From: Saprolegnia diclina VS20
Lineage: Eukaryota
NCBI RefSeq assembly: GCF_000281045.1
Contig: NW_008246080.1
Coordinates: 515,887-570,927, forward strand
Reading direction: 5' to 3'
DNA: 55,041 nt
Under the pieces are notes generated by a model that worked only from the letters and a program-made list of their open reading frames with translations, had not been told where the DNA came from and did no database searches. Shown piece by piece: positions 33,827 to 45,598 of the stretch. The stretch's first letter is position 1, and every line of letters starts with the position of its first letter. Position numbers and translations under genes: made by a program.

Positions 33827-36800
33827 ATGGAGGTCGGCGCCCGCGTCTGGGTCGCCCACAAGACGGAAATATGGGTCGCCGGTACCGTAGACGACTGCCG
33901 CGACGGCGCGATCCGCGTCCGCATCGAGCAAAGCACCGACGTCCTCGAGATCCGTAGGCGGCTAGAGGCATGGCGCACCGTCGATGGCTGATGCTCTTAG
34001 TGGCGCGTAGGCGAGGCCGCGATTGGCGCCGACGACGCAGCCTGCATCCAGCTGCGCAACGACGTCGACGACTTTACGAACGTGCCCAACTTGATCCAGC
34101 TCCAGTACTTGCACGAGCCCGAGCTGCTCTTTGCGGTCGCGAACCGCTTCGAGCACGACCTCATCTACACGTACATTGGCGACATTCTGCTTGCGTTCAA
34201 CCCGTTCCGGCCCATCAACATGTACTCGATGCAGCACGTCCGCGCATACGAGGCCATGGACAGCGACGCGCCGCCGCACGTGTTTGCGATCGCGTCGATG
34301 GCGTACCGCTGCATGCGCGACGAGAAGAAGAACCAGTCGATCTTGGTCTCGGGCGAGTCGGGCGCCGGCAAGACAGAGAACACCAAGTTTCTCATGCAGT
34401 ACCTCGCGACGGTCGGCGCACCGACGTCCTCGATGACTTCAAGTCCGGCCAAGACGCCGGCCAAACGTCAAAGTCGGCTCAAGACGCCAGTGACGACACC
34501 CGTGACGACGACGACGGNNNNNNNNNNNNNNNNNNNNNNNNNNNNNNNNNNNNNNNNNNNNNNNNNNNNNNNNNNNNNNNNNNNNNNNNNNNNNNNNNNN
34601 NNNNNNNNNNNNNNNNNGACAACTCGTCGCGCTTTGGCAAGTTTATCGCGCTGCAGTTTGGCGCCGACCACACGATTGTCGGCGCCAAGATCTCAGTGTA
34701 CCTCCTCGAGAAGATCCGGCTCAGCCACCAGTCGCTCGGCGAGCGCAACTTTCACATCTTTTACGAGCTCTGCGCCGGCGCCGACGACGACCTCGCCGAC
34801 TTGCTCGAGCTGAGTGCGATGGAAGACTATGCGATTTTGAGCCAGAGCGAGTGCTACGAGCGGCGGTCGGTCGACGACGCGGCCCAGTTTGGCCTGACGA
34901 CGCAAGCCTTCCGGGACATGGGCGTCCCGGACGACGAAACCACATTGATTCTGAGTGTCGTCGCCTCGCTTCTGCACCTCGGCAACGTCGCGTTCGACGC
35001 GGTGAATTCGTCGACGTCCAACTTGGAGATGGCGGCGATCGCGGCTTCGTCAGCATCGCACTTGGCCACGGCGTCGCGGCTCCTCGGTGTGTCCTCCGAG
35101 GCGCTTGTGACGGCGCTCGTGACGCGCCGGATCCATACGACGCGCGAGGTCGTCGAGGTCAAGCTCACGGCGGCGCAGGCCGAGGACGCCAAGCAGTCGC
35201 TCATGCAGAGCATCTACGGCGGTCTCTTCCTCTACATTGTCGAGCGCCTCTCCAACATCATTTGCCATGACCGCGCGTGCGTCACGACGATCGGGATCCT
35301 CGACATTTTTGGCTTTGAGAACCTCCACACGAACGGGTTTGAGCAGCTCTGCATCAACTACGCCAACGAGCGGCTCCAAGCGCAGTTCAACGACCTCGTC
35401 TTTGCCAAGGAGCAGCGCATGTACGCGTCCGAGGGCATCGAGTGGAAGTACATTGAGTTTCCTGACAATGCCCCGTGCCTCCAGCTGCTCGAAGATCGCC
35501 CCACCGGCATGTGGTGTCTCCTCGACGAAGAGTGCATCTTGCCAAAGGGCTCAAACGCAGCGTGGATCACCAAGTTGTACCAAACGTTTCTGCCGCTCGA
35601 CGAGACCATTTCCGAGTCGCGCCGGCACTCGAACCCCGAGCGCGGCCAGCTCAAGAAGCCACCCGTCGGCCCCAAGCCGACTCGACCGTTCTATGCGTCG
35701 CACACACAGCAAGTTGCCTACCAGTTTGTGATTGGCCATTTCGCCGGGCGCGTCATGTACGAGCTCGACGCGTTCCTTCAGAAGAACCAAGACGCGCTGC
35801 CAGTCGAAGCCATTGGGCTCTGTAACGCGTCGTCGTCGCTGCTCGTGCAGTCGCTGCTCGCACCCAAAGCCAAAGTCCAGGCGAAAGCGACGTCGGCGCC
35901 GCGCCTCACTCGAGTGCCCAGCAGTCTCCGCGCCGCCAGCGTCAGCGCCCAGTTCAAGTCGCAGCTCGATGAACTCATCAGCGTCATTGGCAGCACGCAA
36001 GCCCGCTACATTCGGTGTATCAAGTCCAACGACGCGGCCGAGCCCCGGTGTTTGCACAAGCCCCGCGTGATCCAGCAACTCCGGTCCGGAGGCGTCCTCG
36101 AAGCCGTCAGGATCGCTCGTGCCGGGTACGCAGTCCGCGTCGACCACGCGGTGTTTGTCGAGCAGTTTGGGTTTCTCTTGCCGTCGTCGCCGCGCAAGAG
36201 CAAGAAGACGACGACGGTGCTGCCAAACAAGACCAAGTGCGAGCGCATCGCGGCCATGCTCGTACTCGACGGCGAGGACGCTGCTGACGTGGCCAAGCGC
36301 GTCTTGAGCGGGCTGACGTACGACCGGTCGGCCTTCCAGGACGCGTGCGGCCGCGCCGGCTTCCAGCTCGGTGTCACAAAGATGTTTTTTCGCAAAGAAG
36401 TGTACAACAGCCTCCGGCTCCGTCGCCGTCAAAAGCTGTCGGCGTCGGCGACGCACATCCAGCGCATCTACCGAGGTTACTGCGCCGCCAAGGCGTATGC
36501 GATCGCACAAGCGGCCATTGCTGTGCTGCAGGCGTGGGCTCGGCAGGTGCTCACACGCCGCCGGCTCGTCCGACGCAGCGCAATAATGGTGCAAGCGGCA
36601 TGGCGCCGCTTTGCTGCCGTGCGCCGCTGGACGGTGCTGCGCCGCGGGGTCGCGGCTTGCCAGCGCTTTTGGCGGTCGCGGAAAGTGTGGCTGCGTGCGC
36701 GGGCCGCGCGCGAGACGGCCCGACGTCTCGAGCTAGAGGCGTTTGCGCAGGCAGCGCGAGAAGCCCAAGCCATCGTGGACGAGCAACGGCGTGCGGACGA

Positions 36801-37996
36801 CCGGCGCCGGGCGGCTGAACGGGTCGCCGAGCTTGAGCTCGAGCAGAGTATGCCGACACCGACGCTCTCGCCGCGACTTGGGACGTCCCCGGTAGTCTCG
36901 GCCATGGTATCGCCGATGGTCACCGCCGTGCCGCCGGTCGTTGCTACCGTGTCGCTGCCACCATCGACAAATACAACAACGACGACGACGACGACGGTGC
37001 TGACCGACTCGGCGACCGCGGCGCTCGTCGAGAACCTTACGCTGCAGAACGAGAAGCTCCGGCTCGAGCTCGAGTTGCTTCGACAGCAAACGACGATAAC
37101 GACGTCGGCGCTCGTGCCACGGGGGGCGCCTGTTGACGAGCTCGCGTTTGCGCACCAGCAGATTGTGTCGCTCTCGCAGCAGCTGCTCACGACCCAGATC
37201 CGGTACTCGAATCTGCTCCTCGACTACAATGAGAATGTGCATGGGTATGACGCCGACCGACCGTCACTGAGCGAAGACGCCTTCTCGATGGTCGACGACC
37301 TCGCGGTCCCGTGTCCCGATACGCTCGAGTGCGCCCAAGAGCAGCTCCGCACGCTTCTCCGGAAGCTCCATGCGGCAAAGGAGAAGCTCAAGCATCTCGA
37401 AGCCGACCGCGTCCGCAAGCCACGATGCGATTCGATCGAAGGGCTCGAGTTTTACCCGCGCAAGTCGACCGAGTGGCGGCCGGCGTTCTACCCGCCGCTG
37501 GACGAATTGGGCTACGACTCGGACGCCGACGAGTACGACTCGCGCGTCGACGAGCTCCAGCGCCAAGTCGACAGCCTCCGGACCTGCATGCTCACAAAGC
37601 GGTCGCTCGCGAGCCTCCCGAGCACGGTCTCGACGGCCTCGGACATTGTCGAGCGCCGGCCGACGAGCCGCCTCACGTACCACGTGCGCGATATCTCCAA
37701 GTGGGCGCGCGACGTAGTCTGCTACGAGTGCAAAGCTGAGTTTACGTGGTTTACACGGCGCCACCACTGCCGATTGTGCGGCCACTCGTTCTGCCACGGT
37801 ATCGTTTGTATCAATGTATCAAGTCGAGGGCCTCATGTGGTATGCAGAACACTCGAACCGCCGCGCGTGCCTTGTCGGGTGTGGCGCCGACGACGAGTCG
37901 GCGCCCGTCCGCGTCTGTGACGTGTGCTTTGTCGAAATCTGCGTCGAAGCGCGCAAGTCGGAGGCCCCGTCCCGCCGGTTTCCACAATTTGTCTAG
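33827..37996 (+). CDS. Myosin heavy chain with IQ motifs, coiled coil and C-terminal FYVE domain; introns 33954-34010 and 37799-37847; gap 34518-34617
   Basis: [55 protein letters not shown]...[17 protein letters not shown]...RVCDVC. Confidence 0.93.
37799..37847 (+). repeat. Intron carrying the shared core (copy 3), inside the myosin FYVE domain
   Basis: gtatcgTTTGTATCAATGTATCAAGTCGagggcctcatgtggtatgcag; removing it restores SFCH|EHSNRR. Confidence 0.7.
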
Positions 37997-38332
37997 TTTT
38001 GGACATTATTTATCGCGTATTTCATGAATTCTACTTTTGCACCATTTCTCTACCATTTTGTGCACAAACTGTCTGTATTTTTATGTTGACAAATTGTAAA
38101 TTGTGCTGTGACAATTTGGCTTGCGCCCAGCGTATTTTCGGCACCGCAACGCCAGCGCGCCACGTCACGCTAAAGGTGGCAGATACTGCCTCTAATACCG
38201 GATACCATCTAGGTATCCGGATACGTATCTCGGAATTTGCGCGCCACAGCAAAACGAGCTTGCCACGCCCCATACCAATGTATTGTGTCCTTTGCATCAA
38301 AGACTAAGTGACAATCTCGACGTGCGGTCGAG

Positions 38333-40030
38333 TCAGAAGAAGCGCCGACGGTGGCGCGGGGGCCCCTTGCGCTGGTTTGGCGTCTCGAGCGGGCGCTTCC
38401 GGTCCTGCGTCAGCACGGCGAGCAGCGCAATCGCATCCACGGCCATCGGCATCGTCGTCTGCATCGCAGTGCAAAGCTCGTCGAGGACGCGGCGCCACAT
38501 GGCCTGGAGGACCGGCGCGTTGGGCACGCGCGCCACGAGCTTCGACACGTACGAGAGCACCGTCGATGCCGCCTGCGCCTTCAAAAACGTCAACGCCGCC
38601 AGGTGGCGCGCGGTCATCGCCTTTTGCCGAACCACAAGCTTGCGCGAGAGTGCCACGTAGGGCAAAAGGGGCAGTGCGTTCGTGATTGTTTCGGGGTCCA
38701 GCGTCGCCGACTCGTACACGCCGGCCGACGCCACGGTATACTGCACGAGCAGTGCCAAGGCGGGTGGCGGCAGCATCGGGCCTGTCGCCCAGGCGCCTTC
38801 CACAGCAAACCGCCCCGAGCGCTGCCAGAGACGCTCGATCAGCTTCTCGTCCAGAGGCACGGCGGTATCCAACTGGGCGAGCCACAAAAGGCTGTGCACG
38901 GCCGCCACCGACAGCGCCTTGGGTTTCGTGTCGGCATCGAGCCAGCGCCAGAGTGGCGTCACGTACTTGGTACATGGCAGCGTCGGCACCGCCTTGCGCA
39001 CTGCGGCGACCGCCACGGCTGCTTCACTCAACGGAATACGTTCATGGTAGGTCGGCTTGTTTAGCTGCGATAAGAACGGCGTCAGCACGCCAAAGCGAAA
39101 CTGGTCAATGATGGCGGTCGCCTGCCGCGGCAACCGCGCGCCAAACCACGTCAGCTCGTCCGTCACATCCCAATAGTGCTCGAGTCGTAAAATGTGCTTG
39201 ACGAGCGTGTTGGTGTCGGCCTTGTAGCGGCCGTCCTCGAGCAGTCGCGCGACCGCAGTCTGGAGGCGGCGCCAGAGCAGCTTGATGCACTCGGTGGCAA
39301 ACGGCAGCTCCAAGCGAGGACATGCGGGTGTGTCGGTGCAACCCGCCAAGCTCGCTAGCAAGTCGACCACGTGCGACGACGACGCCATGCACCGGCCCCA
39401 GCGCGAGACGAGCCGCCGCATGGCCGGCAGCAGCGCCTCCCAGCCAAAGCGACAGAGCATGCGGTGAATCCAATTCGCGACAGGTGCGAGGTGCGTGCCG
39501 CGGACGACGCGGAGCGCGTCACCGAGAAACGCGTCCAGAACGTCCATATTGCCAACGACCTCGAGCGCGTGCATCATGGCCTTGTACTCGGACGCCGTCG
39601 CCGACGTCTTCTTGCGGGTCGCGCGCGCCGCGACACGAATGTTCATGTCTGGAATTGCTTGCTTGAGCACCTCGGCGGCCGCCTCGGGGTCGGTCGGCGC
39701 AAGCGCGATCGCCTGCGCCGCCACCACCTTGCCACCGAGTACGCACATCATATGCATCTTGAGCCACTCGATCAAAAACGGCGGGTCACCTTCGCCTACT
39801 TCGACGAGGGGGAACTTTTCGACGTTGCACACATCGTCGAGCTTCACATGTTGCAGGTAGAGCGCGGCGCCAGGCGGCAGGGGGGCCGCCGGTGCGTAGC
39901 TCTCAACGGCTTCAATACCCAACGTCAACGAGTAGCGCGTCACCAGTGCAAAGTCCGACTCGTTCATCTCGAGGATGCGAGCAACGCGCGACGGCGTCTC
40001 GGGGTTGTCAAGGCGCATGAGCCACAGCAT
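38333..40030 (-). CDS. Hypothetical helical protein between the two myosins; start uncertain
   Basis: Long intronless GC3-rich ORF (open up to 40261) with no catalytic motif recognised. Confidence 0.6.
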   Translation of the reverse strand: MLWLMRLDNPETPSRVARILEMNESDFALVTRYSLTLGIEAVESYAPAAPLPPGAALYLQHVKLDDVCNVEKFPLVEVGEGDPPFLIEWLKMHMMCVLGGKVVAAQAIALAPTDPEAAAEVLKQAIPDMNIRVAARATRKKTSATASEYKAMMHALEVVGNMDVLDAFLGDALRVVRGTHLAPVANWIHRMLCRFGWEALLPAMRRLVSRWGRCMASSSHVVDLLASLAGCTDTPACPRLELPFATECIKLLWRRLQTAVARLLEDGRYKADTNTLVKHILRLEHYWDVTDELTWFGARLPRQATAIIDQFRFGVLTPFLSQLNKPTYHERIPLSEAAVAVAAVRKAVPTLPCTKYVTPLWRWLDADTKPKALSVAAVHSLLWLAQLDTAVPLDEKLIERLWQRSGRFAVEGAWATGPMLPPPALALLVQYTVASAGVYESATLDPETITNALPLLPYVALSRKLVVRQKAMTARHLAALTFLKAQAASTVLSYVSKLVARVPNAPVLQAMWRRVLDELCTAMQTTMPMAVDAIALLAVLTQDRKRPLETPNQRKGPPRHRRRFF

Positions 40031-40436
40031 TCTACTGCGGTATCGAGAGAGAATGCGCGTTTGACCTTCGGACGAGTACGAAGCATGGTTCCATGGAGGA
40101 AGGGACCGTTGGCGGACGCCCTGTCCCAACACTTCACACCGGCCTGTCAGAAAATGACTCAACGATTGTCGTTGCAGTCTACCCACCTTGAGATAGGATG
40201 AGGCTGATGTCTCGGCAAGTCTGTACGTCGTGTCGAGTCGGCCACCACGAGTCGTCTTCAACTAACTATCAATCTATCAATCTATCGATCCATTCGGAGA
40301 ACCATCTTGCATATAACTTGTTTCAACTCGTGTTGGTATGGCGACTAAAAATGCGACTAAATAAACGACTAGAACGGGTGCACTTTGGGCAGCGACCGCG
40401 GCGACGTGCTGCCATTGCCAAGCGCGGGGCGTGCGA

Positions 40437-43400
40437 CTAGGAGATGTCGTCGTCACTCGAGATGGCTAATGAAGGTCTACCTTGGGGGCCATGCGCCATG
40501 GCCGATGCCATTTGGTTGAAGAACGACGCGTTCTCAGCCACCGCGGCCTCGAGCTCCTTGATCTTCGCCTCTTGCTCGAGCGCGAGCTCGATGAGCGACT
40601 GCCGGACCTCGGCGCTGTTGACGAGCATCTCTTCCAGCGGCATTGACGTGGCTGGCAGCGGGACACATGCGCGCGAGAGCACCGCCGCCCGGAGCCGCTC
40701 GACGTCGTTTGAGACCTGCGTCGCGAGCGGGTAGTATTCGCAGGCGGCGTGCCACGCAGTGGCCGTGAGCGAGTGCGCGGTGAGGAGCGCGGTCTGAACC
40801 GTCGGGTTGGTCAAAATGGTCGAGAGGCGCGACGTGGCCTTGTCCTGGATCTTGGTGACAAGGAACCGGACGACTGAGTAGCTCATGCTGTAGTCGTACA
40901 CCTCCTTGACCGTGTCAATGACCGGGTGCAACGGCTCGAGCGCCGGCGGAAGGTGCGGCTCGGGTTCTGGCACCGGCGGCGGTGGCGCAACTAGGTCGGC
41001 CTCCACCACCGCGGACGGCGTCGGTGGTGTTGCTTCCGGGTGCGACACGGCCTACACACGTCCTCCGATATGACGCAGTCAAGATACTTGAAGGCATCGT
41101 ACCTGCAAGATCTGCGTCAGCGCCTTGATCACCATGGGCTGCTCGACAACGACCGAGAGTGCTTGGAGGCACTGCGCATAGTTGTCGACGAGGTCGCCGT
41201 TCTCGCCATTGCTGTTGGTCGGCGCTTGGATGCCCAACGCGCCAAGGACGTGGGCCATGTCGCCTGCGTCCAGCGCACGTGTCACCGAGCTATGGCCGTG
41301 CCGAGAGCTTGCGACCCGCGCGGCTTCAACGACGATGGCCTCGCGCGCTGTCGCACGCCGCTCGTGCTCGTCTTCCTCAAGGCGACGGGCGTGCGGGCTG
41401 GAGGTTGACACGTGCGGACGGACGCCAGGTGCCTCGACACGACGGTCGTGTTCGAGGTTGTCATGGCGCCGCCGCGCGGCCTCGGCTTCGTCCGTTTGCC
41501 GCTGGAGCTCGTCCCGCATTGCTTGGAGCTCGCGCTCGAACGCTTCGCGGTGGGCAGCTTCCGCCGCGGCGCGCTCGGCCGCCCATGCCGCCCGTGTCGC
41601 GGCCTCTTCGTCCTTTTGTCGTTGCCGCTCGGCAGCGAGCGCTGCTCGTTCGGCGGCGGCCGCGGCTTCGATCGCGTCGCGCGCGCGGGCCAGCTCTTCC
41701 TGCTGCTTGCGCAGCTGTCCGGCGACCGTGGCTTCTTCGGCGCGGAGGCGCGCGTCGCGGGCCTCCCGGGCCGCCCGCCAAATGCGACGCGAGCGCCAAA
41801 AGCGCTGGCAGGCGTCCACACCGTTGCGCAGGCAGCAGTAGCGCGTCCGTGCGGCATGGCGGCGAAAAGCCGCTTGGATTCGAGTTGCACTCGCCTTGCG
41901 CTGGCGCCGCACCGTCAGCGCCGCTCTTGCCCAGGCTTGCAGCACTTGCACGGCCTTGTGGCGGGCGCGGGCTTCCTCGCGGGCGACGTGCCCACGGTAG
42001 AGTCGCTGGAGCTGGAGCGTGCACGCGGTCAACGTCTGCCGACGCAGCCAGCGCAGCTGGTTGTACACTTCTTTCCGGAAGAAAATCTTCGAGTACCCGA
42101 GCTGGAAGCCGGCACGACCGCACGCGTCTTGGAGCTCGGTGCGGGAGTACTTGCCGTTGCTCAGGATCGTCTTGGCGAGCGCCGCGTCCGGTGCGTCGAG
42201 GGCGAGGAGCACCGCGGCGACGACGAGCTCGGTACGCTGCTTCGTGCCGTCGCCCCGGTGCACACTTGGTGGCGTCTTGCCGGCTTTGGGCTTCTTGGGC
42301 TTGGGCACCAGGAAGCCAAACGCTTGGACAAAATGGCCGTGGTCTTCGCGGACCGCGTACCCGGCGCGAGCGATCCGGACAGCTTCGAGGACGCCGCCGG
42401 ACCGGAGCTGCTGGATCACGCGGGGCTTGTGCAGACAGCGGGGTGCGCCGGCGTCGTTGGACTTGACACACCGAATGTACCGAGCTTGCGTGCTGCCAAT
42501 GACGCTGATGAGGTCGTCAAGCTGGGATTTGAACTGGGCGCTGACGCTGGCGGTGCGAAGACTGCTCGGTGCCCGCGAGAGACCCTTGTTGGCTGTGCTT
42601 TGCTTGCCACCACGCTTGGGCGCACCCAGCAGTGCCTGCACCATCGGCGCCGACGAGCCTTGGCAGAGCGCGACGGCTTCGGCCGGCAGCGCGTCTTGGT
42701 TCTTCTGAAGGAACGCGTCGAGCTCGTACATGACGCGCCCGGCGAAATGGCCAATCACAAACTGAAAGCTAGCTTGCTGCGTGCGTGACGCGTAGAACGG
42801 CCGTGAGCCGGCAACACCATGACTCGTGAGCCCGTCGTACGACATACGGCGGTCGACGACCGGTGGTCGACGGCTCACGTCAGCGCTCGAGACGCGTCGG
42901 CTCGGGAGTATTGGACTCGGCTCTTCCAGCGGCAGAAACGTCTGGTACAACTTGGTGATCCACGCTTCGTTTGAGCCCTTTGGCAAGATGCACTCTTCGT
43001 CGAGGAGACACCACATGCCGGTGGGGCGATCTTCGAGCAGCTGGAGGCACGGGGCATTGTCAGGAAACTCAATGTACTTCCACTCGATGCCCTCGGACGC
43101 GTACATGCGCTGCTCCTTGGCAAAGACGAGGTCGTTGAACTGCGCTTGGAGCCGCTCGTTGGCGTAGTTGATGCAGAGCTGCTCAAACCCGTTCGTGTGG
43201 AGGTTCTCAAACCCAAAAATGTCGAGGATCCCGATCGTCGTGACGCACGCGCGGTCATGGCAAATGATGTTGGAGAGGCGCTCGACAATGTAGAGGAAGA
43301 GACCGCCGTAGATGCTCTGCATGAGCGACTGCTTGGCGTCCTCGGCCTGCGCCGCCGTGAGCTTGACCTCGACGACCTCGCGCGTCGTATGGATCCGGCG

Positions 43401-44657
43401 CGTCACGAGCGCCGTCACAAGCGCCTCGGAGGACACACCGAGGAGCCGCGACGCCGTGGCCAAGTGCGATGCTGACGAAGCCGCGATCGCCGCCATCTCC
43501 AAGTTGGACGTCGACGAATTCACCGCGTCGAACGCGACGTTGCCGAGGTGCAGAAGCGAGGCGACGACACTCAGAATCGATGTGGTTTCGTCGTCCGGGA
43601 CGCCCATGTCCCGGAAGGCTTGCGTCGTCAGGCCAAACTGGGCCGCGTCGTCGACCGACCGCCGCTCGTAGCACTCGCTCTGGCTCAAAATCGCATAGTC
43701 TTCCATCGCACTCAGCTCGAGCAAGTCGGCGAGGTCGTCGTCGGCGCCGGCGCAGAGCTCGTAAAAGATGTGAAAGTTGCGCTCGCCGAGCGACTGGTGG
43801 CTGAGCCGGATCTTCTCGAGGAGGTACACTGAGATCTTGGCGCCGACAATCGTGTGGTCGGCGCCAAACTGCAGCGCGATAAACTTGCCAAAGCGCGACG
43901 AGTTGTCATTGCGGACCGTCTTGGCGTTCCCAAACGCCTCCAAAATCGGGTTGGTCTGCAGAATCTGCGTCTGAATGACCGTCGTCGTCGTCACGGGTGT
44001 CGTCACTGGCGTCTTGAGCCGACTTTGACGTTTGGCCGGCGTCTTGGCCGGACTTGAAGTCATCGAGGACGTCGGTGCGCCGACCGTCGCGAGGTACTGC
44101 ATGAGAAACTTGGTGTTCTCTGTCTTGCCGGCGCCCGACTCGCCCGAGACCAAGATCGACTGGTTCTTCTTCTCGTCGCGCATGCAGCGGTACGCCATCG
44201 ACGCGATCGCAAACACATGCGGCGGCGCGTCGCTGTCCATGGCCTCGTACGCGCGGACGTGCTGCATCGAGTACATGTTGATGGGCCGGAACGGGTTGAA
44301 CGCAAGCAGAATGTCGCCAATGTACGTGTAGATGAGGTCGTGCTCGAAGCGGTTCGCGACCGCAAAGAGCAGCTCGGGCTCGTGCAAATACTGGAGCTGG
44401 ATCAAGTTGGGCACGTTCGTAAAGTCGTCGACGTCGTTGCGCAGGTGCAAGCTCGGTTCGACCTCGGCGCCATGGCCTAAGGCAGCTACATGACGCGAAG
44501 GAATCGATGGCTGCAACGTACGCAGGTCGATGTCAATGTCGCCGCGGCCGCCGTCGCGCCGGACGCGCACGCGGTGCAGGTCGTGGCACTCGTCCACGAC
44601 GCCCGGGACCCATATCTCGTCGTCGTCCTTGACCCAGACGCGGGCGCCAGCCTCCAT
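40437..44657 (-). CDS. Myosin heavy chain with IQ motifs, coiled coil and a non-FYVE tail; intron ~41101-41051
   Basis: MEAGARVWV N-terminal SH3-like start, [37 protein letters not shown] and IQAAFRRH IQ motifs; the last exon ends ISSDDDIS*. Confidence 0.93.
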
Positions 44658-45598
44658 GATGGTGCGTCGGCTTGTCTATCTGCGGAATGCCATGCGCTTT
44701 GGCCGCTGTCACTTTTTTTAACGCGTTGAGTGATGGGATGCTGTCACCGCGCCCGTTACGTATTCTATTTTTCCACTTTATCTTGATCTTTGTATGCAAT
44801 TTAAAACCTCGAACGTCGATCGGCTGTTGATGCAATCACATGGCGTGCCCATATCACTTGGTTAGCATTGTACTTGGTGTTTGTATGCCAATGCATGATG
44901 GGGATGAATGCACGCAACTACGTTTTTTCGATTTCCGGTTTTACTCACAAAGTCCCACGGGTCGAACGAGCGGCTTCGAATCCCAGCCAAGCGTACTGCA
45001 AAGTAGCTACGAAGAAGCAGAAGCAGATGCGAGCAACTACGACCACGACTGCCCCAAGTGCATGGCCGACGACGGCGACGCCGTGCGCAGCTTCAAATAA
45101 CTGTCGACGCAGCACCAGAGTGTGGGCTCGGAGCAGAAAAATGATGGTTTAGCTGGTCTTCTCGCGGTGGGAGGCGCGATTTGCTTCAAGAAGACGGCGT
45201 CATTTGGTGGGGGTTGACGGGGGGATCGTCACAGGTGCGTATTCTTGCGCCATGATGCGCGCCAGAGTCATGGATGACGAGGTAGATGCCACCTGAGAAG
45301 ATCCTATGGGATGGCCGAATGACTATCATACGACTGCTACTACGTAGGACGTCTGAGGAAAGAAGGCGGCCACGGGCACAGGGGCACTTGAAGGCAGGTT
45401 GCTGACATTTCGCAGGCACCACGACACCACAGCGCGCCACGTCATGGGCGCCAGCTGCCACCTGCGACATGCGCCCGCATAATTTTTAAAAAATCCATAA
45501 AAATACAGCCACTCAGAACTCAGGTTTGTGGGATCTTACTTGGTCGACCGATGGCAGCTACCAAGTACCGGTATGGCATACGACCAAGACCAAGACGC

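Larger units (their letters stand above)
34052..44444. repeat. Long inverted repeat with arms 34052-35597 and 42928-44444 (myosin motor exons) and a ~7.3-kb spacer
   Basis: The arms are reverse complements with only a handful of substitutions seen (e.g. TTLILS/TTSILS, AAWIT/EAWIT and several silent changes). Confidence 0.92.

Noticed and set aside
34518..34617. Apparent frameshift in the plus-strand myosin
   Set aside because: The 100-N placeholder replaces 71 bp present in the paralog, and filling it restores the frame.
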